Below are positions 13,401 to 28,400 of a stretch of 64,000 bases of DNA, in pieces. Below the pieces are notes generated by a model. It saw nothing but the letters and a program-made list of their open reading frames with translations. It did not search any database and was not told the DNA's origin. Where the stretch lies: the NCBI GenBank assembly GCA_002633005.1, contig NMRA01000964.1, positions 23,395-87,394 of the forward strand, written 5' to 3'. Source of the DNA: Phoronis australis. Taxonomy: Eukaryota; Animalia; Phoronida. A program made the translations under genes and the position numbers. Numbering within the stretch: position 1 is the stretch's first letter; the number at the start of each line of letters is the position of its first letter.

Positions 13401-16400
13401 AGAGATCGTGAAAAATACTGAGTGTCCATGCATCCCCGTGAGAGATGTAAAAATGTTTATTTCAATATTTTGGTTCATTATTTTTTTAAGCTAGAGTATG
13501 ATGAATACGAATATTATTATTGGTTCAAAATTGTTCATTCCATAAAGTAGTTTAGAAGAGCTTAAATGAGCTTGAACGATAAAAAGATGTTCATGTAGAC
13601 ATTGACAATTTCTATCGAATAGCAGATTTTTAAATTTCAAATTCGTTCCCATTAAAAATTATTGTAATGCAAAATTCGGTGAATTTTGCCTAATTTCGTG
13701 TATTGATTTTATAGCGATTTGTGAGGTGCTCTGGGGGCCAGTTTGCTGGGTGCTATTGATTTCTAACAATATTTTCCATGATTTTGCTGTCCGACTAAGA
13801 AGATAAAAAAGAAAGTGTGCTTTTTATTTTTCCCAGCAAGAGGATATATAAAGTCATGACGTCACGTTTTTAGCAGTCGTTGAGTACAGGCAGTATGCAG
13901 CTGTCTCCTAAAGCTCATCAGTTGACCTCCTTAATTTTTTTGCAAATATGTTCCTATAGACTCTATTCACGCGGCGGACATTAAAATCCAAAGCGAGGCT
14001 CACAGCCATAAACAAAGCGGAAATTTACATAGCTTGAGTTAAATGGCCGGTCTTTGGAGTCCAACCTGAATATTAAATCTTAAAAAATGTGTCAATAATT
14101 AACCACAGAGACGTAGAAAAATACAATTAACGAACAAATCAATGCGCCAAAGAGTTGTCTGACGAAAGGATATAGTTTTTTTTTTCGGAAAACTAGGTTC
14201 GAAAGATGAAAAGTAAACATGACCAAATTGCGGCGATCGTTGTCACGGATTAGGTATCATGCTGAATGCAGGGTTACGTTCCTTCTAATAAATTCTTGAT
14301 AAAAATGCTTTCTACACGAACGAGGTCACCTGGTCGTATTGTTGACGAGTTGAAGATATATTTTGCAGTGGTGGCTCATAGCATTTTGCTGCAGTGCAAT
14401 TAATCTCATCTTGTTTAATTAATCAAGAGTAGGCCTATTACTAGCTTCAAGCATAGCCTAGGTCCTGATTAGGTAGGCACTATCGGGACTGATTTGTCAT
14501 TGATCTGAAATAATACTTGATGTTATTAAATATATATTTTGATTACGATAAAAAACTAGGCTCGCAGTTGAAAATAAAAATTATATGACCATCAATTCTG
14601 CTTTCTTGGTTTTAATAATTACGTCTATTTCATGTGTTATATTTTTCAAATATCAATCTCGACCATGTTGAATTTTAGACTTAAAACACATAATTCTTTC
14701 GTCCAAAGCATTAGCATTTTCAGTGGTTGATCTAGGATACCATATAGGCCTAGTGACTGCAGGGACGGGGGCCGACATCCTCAGAGAAGCGGCCGGGCAA
14801 CTATAAGCGCGATTGTTTGCACGCAGGCGGCCTGGAAGTTGCGGGCGCCGAGGATGTATACGTTCTGCTCAGGAAATATGTCGTTGGACTAAAAAAATAA
14901 AACGGAACGCGTTTCCCCCCTCGTCCGCTACCGGTCCTAGCTCGAACTCAGTACAAGTTTCCTCCAGCTTCACGTCGCGTTTTGCTGGTTTATTTTGCTT
15001 GCGGTAGTCAAAGGAGGGGGGCCTGCCACCTCCCCCTAAATCCACCTATAATTTTGTACTTTTTCAAATTGTCACCTCTGTAGTCACAGGTGATTTGAAC
15101 AGCTGGAGAAAAAATTTCAATCACAAAGGAGATTTTTCAGTAGGCCTCGTGGCCGGGAATTTCGCGTGATTTTTCAATATTTTTGAGAGCGGAATAGGGC
15201 CGATATTTAGCCCCAAAATTGAGGGATTGAGGGCCCTGTCCTTTTTGTAAAGAAAAATGCATCGCACTTCGTCATGAAAACACGGCCTGGCTGGCCGAAC
15301 ATTGTCCGGTCCTTGTTATGGCGGTAACGCGGCAGTCCGAAATGCGACAAATTATGATATGAAAACAGTTATAAATTTTACACGTACATATTTTCCTTCG
15401 TCGCGGCGTATGGCAAGGACCCAACGCTTCCGAATCCCAACATCCTTAGGGATTGTAATACAGAATTTCCGTATTTTTTCTAGTTGTTCCAGCAACGCGG
15501 AGTACAACTACGCGGATAAGCTAACAGAGCTATCGTAGCGAGCCTCGTTTTGGAACGCACCTCCTGTCGGCGTGAATAGGTTCTATGGTGGTAAAATCGA
15601 TCGACGTCAATGTTTAAATATTTCGACTACTGCCATTCCCCTGGTGGCAGCTTATTTCACTAGATTTCTTAGGTGGAACTTTATGAAATATGGCCAAAAT
15701 CTTTCTGTCCTGGAAATGATGACACATGCACGAGTTGCCCACCAGTGACAGTTTTAGCATTTTTGAAACAGTTCATGTCTCTGGATCTGTCCGCGATAGG
15801 TGCTAACTGACGCTGTGCTCCAGTAACGTCCAATTTATTACTTGACACTCATTACATACAACATGCGAAGTCACTTCATTCTGAGTCTTGCCATTTCTAT
15901 ACGATGCTAATCGTTAAACCGATAGCAACAAAATCTGAAAGGTCATCTCTTAAAAACAAAAGGATGTTGACTCCCCCTGTTACCAAGGTGGACTCGATGC
16001 ATTGGAAATTGACTTGGCTAATTAAACGATTTTGTAATAAATTCAGTTAGTTACAAACTACGAATTCGGATGACATTGCAAGAGAATGTTGAAATCATGA
16101 ACGCGGCTTAGGGGCGTGAAGGTCATAATGATTGAACACAAGTTGTCGCTGAACAATTAACGGAAGACATTGAAGCCGTTATCTCTAAGGACTTTGTCGT
16201 GTTCTTGTCCACTTCGGCAAATCAAGATTTTTAATATAAAGGCCTAGTTTTTGCGTGATGTTCAATGATGAATACGACTGCTTTTTAAAAATAATAAGAC
16301 GTTTTGCGAGTTGATTTGTCATAGTTTCTGACAGGAAAGAGTTTTTCAGGTATTTGAATTCTTCATTAAAAATGCTTCATTAAAATAGACCCAGGGGTTA

Positions 16401-19400
16401 TTTTGCTATGAATGTACCTTTCTTAAAAACGAAATTCTGACTTACAAAAGTATCGAGGTAGTCATAGTAAAGGTACATACATGTAAAACATTTTTTTATT
16501 TCCTGATGTTTTTTTCAGAAAATATATACTTTTACTGGTTGAAAAAGCCTATTTTTATCTGCGGGTTAGAAAGGAGACCTCTTAATCAGGTGAAAATTGT
16601 TAGATGGCATCATGGTGTGTATACATGTACGATTTACTGTTGAAAATAATGACACGTACCATTTCCAGCCAAATAATTGCAGGAAAAATCTAACAGTGCT
16701 TAACCAAAATTACATCTGCGGCCCTTGCCCACAAACTTTCAGTTACCTGTTAAGTTTTATTTTATGCTCTTCTCTGTAATAGGCTTTGAGGATATTCTTT
16801 ACTTTTGCATGTTATATATTTTGTTACTTCGGGTGTCATTGCTGTAATTTTAGTAGAAAAAGCATGTGCTGAAGACGAATTAACATTTGTTAGTCTTTCC
16901 TGGCCATGTAATAACTTTTCTCTTTAGTTGTGTTTCATGGTTTGGTAATTAGTGCTTTCTCTGTATATACATAAACATTCCATTCCGATCCCTCAGTTCT
17001 CACACACTGTCATGAACCGAGAAAGATGCATGTGTGACTATGTTATGAGCCTAATTTAGTTTTCACAACAATGTATTTATGACACTTAGAGAACTGGTTT
17101 TTCAATTGTTTCTAGTTTCTCTTATCATATAAAGCTAGTGTATTTTGAGCAAGTTATTTTTCCTGCAATTGATCATTGTTAATGGAATGATAACAAAACT
17201 TTACTTTTGTTAAATGAACATCATTAAAGTTGTTACTATACTCCACTCTTGTTTAATTTATTTGAAGTCGAACACTTGTGTAATTGAGACTTATTGCTAT
17301 TGGGAAACTTCAACTTTTAAAAGTTATTTCATTGAAAACTTAAGTTGTGAAAGCTTAAGTTTTTGAAAAACGTAAGTATTTTGAACAAGTTTTTGGAAAA
17401 AAATTAAGTTTTTGAAAACTTGAATTCTGAAAACTTAAGACCGTTCCATAAAGCTTGTTCCAAAATACTTAAATGTTTGTCAAAAACTTATGCTTTTGTG
17501 ATTAAAAGCTTACGTTTTTCAGGCTAAGAACTAAGATATTCCGATGAACTTAAAAAAATCATTTTGTAAGGGAGAGTAGATGTGTCTTTAAATTAAGCTG
17601 TTACAATATTTGTGAAAATAATATAAAGCACTTTTAAACTCGTAATCTATGCCGCTGACAATAAAGTGCGAGTCAAAATTTGCCACAAAGGTAATGATAA
17701 CTTTGGAGCGCACCGTGCGATTGCGATTTCTGCATTTCCGACATGGACACCTTTCCTTCGGTGTGGGCGTTTGTCTTCATAATTTTCGAGCTTTCCGTTT
17801 GTACATGTGAAGTCTCGAACCCTTAATTAAAATCAATTGCAGTATGAAAAAATCTCTGACATGGTCAGCTGTGAACACTAAATAATTTGCGTGAAATTGT
17901 ATATGGAAATGTCAGGCGCTATTAAGGTCACCCACGTTCAACAGTACGAAAAGTGCTTCTAGATTTATCTGGTGGATGCAGCGCAATAACATTTCGGCAT
18001 TTTTACAACGTAGTTGGAACACCTGTCAAAATTTTGTTGAGCTTTATCCAGAATTAGATCGGACTTATATGTATTTTCAGTTCATTTACCGGATTTTGTG
18101 TTATTTTCACGTTGTCTGTTTTAACATGTAGACCAATATAAGTGACGATTTTGAAAGCAGCCACATAATTCTTGGGGGTTTAAAGCGTTCGATTTTGATT
18201 TTGAAATCTACATGGCGGGCACGTAGGCCATCTACAACTCTATTATGCTAATCAAACAACTAAGCTTCTTCACAACTGAGACTGATAGAGAACCTTTCAT
18301 ACACCTCGACAATGTCATTTCGCTTTGTAAAACGCGAAAAGAACGTATTGATGAAAATTCACTAAGCAAATGTTCGCCATTTGCTCCGTAATTTTGATCT
18401 CCTGAGTACTTGAGCTGGCGACTTGAGACGGTTAAAAGTGTATCGCGACAAAATGCGCCCGCACTCAGTTAAACACTCTTGTTTAGATTTCAGCGTTGTA
18501 TGTGTTTTTAATTGTTGAATTAATCGCACCCAACTCTGATGTTTGCCTTTTTGCCAATTACTTAATTTCATCATTGCACCTCAAAATACAATAATACAAA
18601 AATTCTTGCACTGCAAAGGATTACGTACTAATACGGCAGCGAGATATTGATAATTGCATTTGATTGTTTTAAGAAGCAATGTGAGTGAACATATATGTAC
18701 ATACGATGCATTGGGGATGAATACCTATTGTTGAGTGGACCGCTAGTTTCGTTTTCGTTAAATAGCCAAATCGCCTGCTGTGTATGACATAAGGGTACAT
18801 ATGTAGACAAGACAGCGGTATCCAAATCATGACATCCGAAAACATCCGGTTCAAAGAGAATTGATAGAGATACACATTACCATGAAAAGCTCTCAAACAT
18901 TCTTATATACTGATGACACTGCGATATTCCACCCATTCTCAAAAGAGCATCACCATGACTCCTTACAATTGCAAACTGACCTTAACAAACTCTATGACTG
19001 GTCTCTCAAATGGAAGTTGAAATTTAAACTTGAAAAAAGTGTTGATCTTATATTTTCTAAGTCTAATAATACTCATTTCCAAACAAATCCAACACTGGAA
19101 TTATCACTCAATGGGGAAGTTATCCCCAATAAGTTCACGCACAAACATCTTGGCTTGCTACTCGACCACAAGCTTACATTTACTCCTCATTGTCGCAAAC
19201 TCGTTCAAAAAGTACAAAAATTAATTAATCCAATTAGAATTATCTCTCGTCACCTCAACTCCATGCATCTTGAAACTCTGTTCAAGTCTTTTGTACTTCC
19301 AGATCTAGATTACTGTGACATAATCTACCAATCGGCAAACGCTGGCATACTTCTCCAATTAGAAAGACTACAATACCAAGCAGCTTTAGCCATAACTGGG

Positions 19401-22400
19401 GCATACAGAGGGTCCAACACAATCAAGGTTCTAAATAGTCTTCACTGGAGCAAACTAGCAACCCGTCGTAAACTCCACCTGTCCATGTATACATTCAAAG
19501 TCTTAACCAACATAAACAATTACTCTAACAAAATCCTCTTTGAATCCTACAAAAGACCAAGCACGAGACCAATACTCCGGCAAAGCAATATGTATACTAT
19601 TCCAGCCTCCATCAGCCAAGCCTTTAGAAGATCAACGGTATTAACTTGTATTGACAACTGGAATTCCTTACCATTCAAAATAAAAGAAAGCACTTCAATC
19701 GTCACTCTCAAAAATAACTTTAAAATGCATAGCACTACTCCAGACTTGCCAGTCCCATTGACATCATTCCAACTTCCCCGCAACCATAAAATAACCCTAT
19801 ACAGATCAAGATGTGGTCTGTTCCTAAACAACGAGAAATTTAGACACAATTTTAATAATATTCCGGCTCTGTGTTCCTGTGGAGATACCCAGACATATTC
19901 CCATGTTTTCTTTGCTTGTGAGGTATGCAAGGAGGAGAGGGTACAGCTCTTCGAGGCGCTCGAACAATATCCAAATATTTATAAAAAATACTCTGAAATT
20001 CCGCAATTGTACAACAAAATTAATTTCTTTCTATATGGATGTCAAGAACTTAACTCAAACAAAAATATGGTTTTATTTGAAATAGTATCAGAATTTCTTT
20101 ATAACTTTAAATCTCTTTGTGTGAGTGGATAGAATTTTATACATCTGTATGAAAATAAATTATTTTCATTCGTTGTCATATATTATTGTATTCTTAACAT
20201 CAGTTTTTTATTGATGTATTTGTATATAATCATTGTATATAGACTTCTTTGTATTTTTTTACCCAGATCTAATGCCTCTTGGCGCTTTCTGGGTTATATA
20301 TATTCAGTGTATTCTGAATATTTTGTAATAAACATTAAAAAAAACATGAAAAGTGCCAAAACAAACATACCGTGACCTCGAAAATTTCACAGCCTCCACA
20401 TAATTGCCTTGGTCACAAAATCCGCACGTTTTCTTGCACAGCTTCAGCATCGACTGCGGATCATGATCACAAAGTCCAGTCAACTTCTTTGCTTTACATA
20501 CACTAGATGTGTCTAGACACTCTTTACCTAAGACAAAAATATGACTAATCGTATGTATGCAAGAACTTAGTGGACATGCTGTATTTGCCCCATTCGTCTG
20601 ACGTCTTGAAAGTTTGCATTCAGTTTTGAAACTTAAAGGAGGTGGTGTTTCTTGAGTACGATCGCCAAATCAGGTTACTCTGCAAGGGCAACTCATGTTT
20701 CCCAACTGCCCCCATTACGATAGGAAATGTTCAATCTCTTCACAATAACAGCACAGGAGCACTGACCAGTATAACCGAGAACCTAAATGTTACCACTCCG
20801 TTGGTCAACCCAGCGCAGACTGTAAACCATCATGTATATGAGCAGTTCGAGGTAGAAAATAAAATATTTTGAAACCAATGGAGTTGATGCACTCATTTCA
20901 AAACTGCATGCACTAGACTTAGATTAACAAACACCATCATCGCCACAACCATAGTCATTGTCATTAAAGGAACAACATTGACTGCAGCAATGATGTCGTC
21001 ACTACCAAAACCACCATCGCCAATAGCAAACTCAGCAGCAGCAGCAACACCATACCCTTTTTTGTTTTCTTGAAAAACACCAGAGTCATCATTATCATCG
21101 GGGCTAATATTCGCTAAAAATCGACATTACAAAAGGTTACCTTTATCTGCATCACCGCCACAACCGCTACAAGACCGGTAGCAGACAGCCCTGATTTTCT
21201 CGGATGCCTCACATTTTCCCAAGACTTTACTGGACCAACATCTGTCATCTGATACCTGATTGACACATTCAGCTCCTTGTTCGGTGAATTGAAATGGAAA
21301 GGTATACAATGAGCTTCCGTGGTCTTACCGTACAGCAATCATGTTTGAGGGAAAATATATTTCGATAGTCAGTAGAGGATTACAATGTGGTAATCGTTGT
21401 TTCGTGATTTCGAAATTTATAAGTTACATCGTATTCATTAACGCGTTTTGAAAAGACGAATAACTGTTAGTGCATGTAACTGACTTGATGATATGAGATC
21501 AGGGCCTATAGTTTGTATTCGAACTCGAAAAAACTTTGTCTTATTTTAGTTTATTTCTGTACTCAATAGTACGTCATAGTAAATTAGACTCTTACAAAGT
21601 GCTAAAAATAGACTCATTCTAGAAGAATATGCGAAATGTCCAGACGACAATGTTTTATCACAGCTCTTGCACTTTTAAGATGTTCAGATCATAGACTAAT
21701 CAAAACTGGTAGACATTTGGATATAGCTAGATATCTGCGTTTCTCTATTGTTTGCTCTGCCACTGTTGAGGATCAAAATAAGTTTGACTAGAGTTTAAGG
21801 TTTATGGAGATCTTGCGAGAAAGTTTGGTATTTGTCGCAACATTGATAACTTGAATGGCGATTCTTTCATTTATTTAATGAAATCTTACAACGTGTGAAA
21901 CTTAGCTCGTGTTATTCCCTAAATTTTTTATCATGTATAGCTAATTTGATAGTCTGTGTTACATGTATGTCAACGACTTCGTTCATTACGCGCTTGTATT
22001 TGTTACATTCATACGTGTACATGTACATGCATATGGGCTGGGGACATAAGCACTGGAATAAATTTGTTGATTGAATATACCTTGCTATTATTCTGTACTG
22101 GAATACATCATTGTTTATACATGTTAGATTCCAATCGAAGTTCACCATTGATGACCCATTGATTTGACCTACAATCTCAATTTATTAAAAACTCCAATTT
22201 TTGAGTTCAGACTCAACATTTTGACTTTAATGCCAGCTTTGACAAGTTCATACTAGGATTAGACCGTTTTTTATACTCGAGTGGTTATTCATAGACTCAT
22301 ATATTAGATGTAAAGTGAAAAGAATATACCTCGGCAAGGACTTATGTACTTGAAATCGTAACTTTTTTTTGACATNNNNNTCCGTTCATCGACTGAACTC

Positions 22401-25400
22401 TCGGGCTGGACCACTTATCGCTACGTACTGCACAACATGACCCGCCACGGCATCCCCGGCAAGTTGTACAACTAGAATGAAAAACAAAACGAATTGTCAC
22501 TTCCTTTGAATTCCGGCGGCACCCCCCCGCCCCCCATTTTACCACGAAACAATGTGAGATCAACTTTACCACGACAAGTGATCTAAATCACTTGTGGAAC
22601 ACAAATACGTACAGGAAATAATTTTTTTAAAGTTCAATTAACAAATAATACTTGTCACTCAAACCCAGGTATTTATGAACAACATGCACCAGAGTAGTTC
22701 ACGCTCTTTACCGTCATTGCCACATCCGCTACACATTTTGTAGCAGTTCAAATTTGCCTTAATATGAACTCCACAATATGATACATCTCTCCAACATTCC
22801 TCTTCGCTTAGCTTGTTAGAGCAATGATTTTCTGGCTCCCATTCTAAAAGGAAAGAAAATACTTTTCAAAAAAGAAATCTAATTATTATTTTTGCAAGTA
22901 ACTCAACCTGTTTGATTGAGGAAGTGTGAGTCTAGTAGTATGTACTTAAACTCAGTGCCAGGTACCATTCCTTTTGTTGAGCATATACATTGTATGTACG
23001 TCATAACACGTTATAAAATAACTTTAAAGGAGAATGCCACCCGATTTAATTAGTCTTTTTTGCCGTCTTAATCGATCTATATCCACATCGCCTCGCATAC
23101 GGTCGACCTTACCTTGCCAAGAGGTGTCGCGTTAACCTGTGAGGAAGGTGAGAAACGACGCTAGCGACGTTAGTGGTTCATATGAAGAGTAAAGGCCGCT
23201 GTGTTGCTGTGCATCATTCCCGCTTGTCCGAACTAAGCAGCTGCGATGAAAGCGGGTATGTCGTGTTTTTACTTCCTCGAGAGTCCGAAATGCTTAGGAA
23301 GTGGCTCATGGTAGTGAATAATGAAATGTACGCTGTAAATAGCAAGTATGAGGCCGTGAAACATCTCCGTGTCTGTGGCCTGCAGACGTCGACAGTGTCC
23401 GATGAACGCCAGCTTACCAAATAACTCCATACGTTCCGTTGTCTGAGCTTGTTCACGGCGTCTTTCTAGTATTTCTTCATCACTGTGTTCCTGTTCGAAT
23501 TGATAGCCTGTAAAACTTAACTATCCACCTGCGAAGTCGGGACTGATGAGCTATAGCTCGTTCTAAGTCGGGATTGCGAGTTGCCATGATGGCGTTTATT
23601 ATTGAGCTTTCTGTTTCAAAATGAATTATACTCACCCTAACCAATACTTGTATAAATTTGAAAGAATGTCTGTCTCATTAGATGCAGTTTGTAATGCCTA
23701 TGGAGTGTTTGAGAGGGTAAATGATTTGAAAAGCCGGCTTTAGGTGCAATAAAACTAATTGATGGGACACCAAGGTCGTGTGAGCTCATGCTAATTTAGT
23801 GTTTCCTGGCAGAAACTGTTGTGAAACAACTCGATTTCCATCCCACCGCCAGGTGTTACGAGAAGATTTATTTACATTTACGTTACTCAATTAAGGATTG
23901 TCAATGTACAACGTCTGCCCTGACGGTGCTGTGGTCAAAGCGGAACCTGAATTCGCGGTCCCCGACGAGTAAGAAAATTTGCAGTTTCGTAGCTAATTCA
24001 CCAACATAATCACGTGCACATTAGTTTGGCTCACTAGTACAGTATTTTCTTGACTGGAAGTTTAGTTTCCACTGAACTTTGGCTGGTTTATGTTCGTGAT
24101 GTCTGATCAGTTTCCGAGCCACTGGCCGGGATAACGCCGAGTCCATCCGGGCGGCCGCGACGGACCTGATCGGGCTCCGAGCCACTGGCCAGGATAACAA
24201 GCGTTTTGTGTTTAGAACTCAAAAAATCACAAGTCTAAACAACAGCTCGAGGTTCTCCTGTCTGTATATCACGAAATATACTTCGAAATTATCTCCGAAC
24301 AGACCCCAAACTCCTGCTACGGACCTTATTGGCCTGCCGAACTTTGTAGGCTACGGTTTGTCCAACTACAGGTGTACCAATAAATCCGAAAGAGTGAAAC
24401 AAAAAACACGTTTTCATGAGAACTCGGTGCATTTTTAAGGGTTTTACATCGAAGTTTGATGATTTATTGGTGTTAAACGATAACTTCAAGCGATAAGCTA
24501 ACTCCAGTAACCCGTGTTGTGAACTGCTGAACAGACTGCGTTTGAAACCGATGACGTCACTGGATAATTTCAACACCTCCGTCTGCCGTCAAGTGTCAGG
24601 TAACGCAACCGTACGTGACGTTATCGAGTAGAACTACTTGATCTAAATTGATACAAATTAGGTTTGTTTTTGGGTGGCATGCTCCTTTAACAGTGTTCAT
24701 TTGTAATAGAGGAATGGACCACCAAATGCTCTGCCATCGCCCTACATGTATTTGTCAACGAAGCACACTTCGTTTCCCACTTTTCTACATACAGTCTGCG
24801 TAGTCTACTAGTTTCAAAAGCTGAATTTTTAGATATGTTAAAGATAAACAGGGGTTTTGTCAAATGTCCAACAATTTGTAATGCCTAGAAATTAAAACAG
24901 CCCAACCCAGTTTTCCATGGCAAAAGACCTTGCAAAACACGTGACACATATTTCTGTTTCCAGGTTTAACCTGATTTCAACCTTACTGGCCCTGGATGAC
25001 ATCTCTGACATTTTCAATGGAATATGCATGCTAAAGCGCACATGTATTACTTACTTGGACACATATTCTCTGAGCAAGACTTTGAACATGAAATCATCAT
25101 AAATCTCGGATTCATGTAACACTCCCCCAGCTTTGACCACGATTCACACCTCGGATTATCGTCAGTGCAGTCAATACCAGGACATCTCTCTTGCAAAATC
25201 TGTTTACATGATCCCAAACAGCTCTCCATCATAGAGTGCGTTTGAAAGAATTCCGTGCAGGATCCCGCATGTGCGCTTCTTTTACACTCTGCTTTAGGGC
25301 TGTGAATGTCTCTACATTGAGCTGGAATAATTGCATTATGTACAAAGTGCAGTAGTTGCTGAACCTGAACATAAACAGTGTATTAATGGATACCTGATTA

Positions 25401-28400
25401 AATTTACTAACAACCAACATACGAAATTAATCGTGCATATTCATTTTCTGAACATTTCATCATTTAATTGTGTGATGTAGTTTATTGTAAAGCGACATTT
25501 CGCCGTGTACAGTTGGATACATATAAAAATCGACTTGTGCCTTTTACTGTCACGAACTCAGTCGCATAATAATTCACACCGTGACAGTATTCTATTTTCG
25601 TTACCAACAAGAACTCGAAACCTTTATCACAGGGCTCGCCCTAACGAGCTGCAGGTCGCATTTGCGACCTGAAATTTGGAAATGCAAGCTGAGATTGTTG
25701 TCAACTCGTACCAAGTTGCAAAATGCGAGCTTCAATTTCCAACGTATGCGAGCTGTGTTTTTACACTTCTCGGCTGATACCGGGCAGATATAAAGCAAAA
25801 CTTTTTAATCCGAACGTTATTTGGTTCCTGACAAATCCAAGTTCAAAAGAACACTAATAGAGAATAACCCTCCCAATGAGTGTAAGCAGGTCGCGTGAAC
25901 ATGGGATATGCAGAATCGATCTTCATTGGCAAACATTTTCGGCCACTTTTGCAAATTTCAGGATTCGCCGAAGGAAGTTTCGGGCCACTGCATAGCACCA
26001 GGAAGGGATAACCAGGAAGGGACAACTGTTTTACCGCATTTTAACGTGTCTTCAAAGGTTATTTCAAAACTAAATGTTAAAGTCGTCTGGAATCCAAGCA
26101 TTGTGTTTGAAAGTTTAACTCTTTAGCTATAAAATAACACCACTTTGGTCCCCAAAGACTGCATATTAATGGCACTAGGATGGTTTGAACTTGACTTGTT
26201 TTACCCTTCCAAAAGATGCCTCTTCCCAGGCATGTACTCAGGCATGATCCTCTTTTTTGAACCAACAGATGTCACTAATATATGCAAATGAGGCTCGCAT
26301 CTCCTACGCCATATGACGTCACACGGCGTCATACGACGCGAGCTTCCAATTTGAAACCTCAATGACTTGAAACACAGTTCTACCTGATTGGGCAGATCTA
26401 AGAAAATTAAGAATTCACACAACTCAATGTTCAAAGAACATTAAATGGTTTCACATGGAAATACATTTAATTGTATTTGGATACGCTTGCATGTGTGTAT
26501 GCGTAGACTTCGTCATTTAACTTAAATCCAGCAGGTGTTAGTCAAGAAATCCGCTGCTCCCGCCACGGTGGCCGGTGTCGTGGCGTTCCAGGGAAGTCTG
26601 ATCCATGCATACGCAATTCGAAGAACTAATGCTTGTCGCTGGTGAGCTCTGCTATGATTCATGCCCAATTCGACGAACTAATGCTTGTCGCTGGTCAGCT
26701 CCACTGTGATTCATTGGAGACATGCGGCTTAACTCGAACCAATAGGCCTACCCTTGTTCTGGCTCCAAGTTCGTTTTGTTTGACCCAGTTTCGGGAAAAG
26801 TTCATTTTAATACGGTCATTTCCTGAAGAGTTTTTGAAAGATATGATCCCGAAATCCTTGGCCTATAGAGCTGTATCAAAATTCCTTGTTGAAACACGGC
26901 CGCTGGTGCAACATCTGCCGGGCGGCTGGGGAAAATGAACGCGGTGTCCCAAAAATGCACACACTTCAACCCCTCAGTGCAGTTCAAGTTCTTTTCCCGT
27001 CAATCACTGTGCGCGGATTCTACGCGGGCAGCCTACTGGTGGCATGACTACAACTTATTTTTAACGTGGGTGTGTCACTGAGTCACGACGTGTCCAGCCT
27101 TTGCAGTCAGTATGCACGGGAATGGCAAGAAAACGATTCGGTTTAGAAAAACCTAAATTCATTGCACTATACTACTGGGAACTGCAAGCATCAAGGAAGT
27201 GCAAAGACAACTTTCTTTCCAAATGAACAATGACTTGAACTTCTTTTTCGATCTACGGTTTGTAAATTTTTGAATTTCATTAGTCTAGTTTTTAATTCAA
27301 TAAAGCATTTAGAGCTGCCCGACATTCATGAATATCACTGTTATCGTTTAGTGTCCTTCTTTGCGGTGGTCTGATGATGGATAGAATTTTTGCAAGTCGG
27401 CCTTCAGGCTTCAACTAAGTTCGGTGACGCATCGCCATTTCTTTCAAGACAGCTTCTGTGCTGTGCACGAATTTTGTGTGTTTTTGATGAATTTGGAATC
27501 TTAACTCAGTCCCCCTCGTGAGTAGTTGGCAGTCATGCCGGAGGTGTATAGAGGGCGCAGTGCTGAGAAAAGTGGGGCTAAAACCCTCTCAGCCCCCCCC
27601 CCCNCCGTAGTGCACCACCTATGGACCATTGAAAAACTTGGACTGAATTAATACGCTCCGCAAAACTGTTGCTTTACAAATTTTCTCAAATTTTAGAAAT
27701 ACACGTATAAATGAGTAAGTGCACATTTTCAAGGGCGCTTAGGCGACCTATGCTGCAAAAATGGAGACCCTAACAACAATTGTCCTGGACACTAGGGCCC
27801 TCAAATGCAATGGTAAACCATACACTGATACCGAGTTGTGAATGTTCTGTTGAATTTTCTATCTGATCAGTATTCGAAGTCTTTCTTTTTTGTCCTTCCC
27901 CAGTCCCACACCTTTGTCGGTTGCCATGGTTTGACCCTGAGACATGCAATTTTTTGGGGGGTTGGACTCGCCCTCCCCCCGCTTACTAAGGTCCTGATGC
28001 AAGGAGTCCATCTTTGGTCCAAGGTAAATGTTGTGTTTCAACACGCACTCGTTGTATAGCTTGAGCATTAAATTAAAGGTTTAAGAAATACAGGAGCATT
28101 TTTGCGCATTTAATTTTGCGTGTAAAAAGGTTTATGGATTCGTACTGAATTTGTTGCTGCAACTTGTCTCATGGGCCTGTACCCGGCAAGTGACCACAAA
28201 TGTGGGCACTAATTCGTCTATCATGCGCAAGTCGATTGTAGCAAGGAGGCCAGTGAAAATGTAAGGCAGCACCAGGCCAGTGGGCGTGTGTGACAACTCG
28301 GATTTCTAGTCTCATATTATGAAAACCAATGAATGGCAATCACCAGCACCTGCAAACAAGAATCTTGAAGTATGTAGAATTTCAATAGGAGTTAGTTTTA

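Noticed and set aside
17300-17555. Repeat array considered as CRISPR-like
   Set aside because: Units are short, degenerate and lack unique spacers; the context is eukaryotic and there are no cas genes.
19547-19930. Antisense ORFs over the LINE, and likewise 41728-42206 over BEL gag
   Set aside because: Shadow frames of real retroelement coding sequence.
20403-20409. Possible GC donor (CAAG|gcaatt) giving a phase-1 end to ShK exon 8
   Set aside because: The canonical phase-2 GT donor at 20370 already matches the phase-2 acceptor at 4814.
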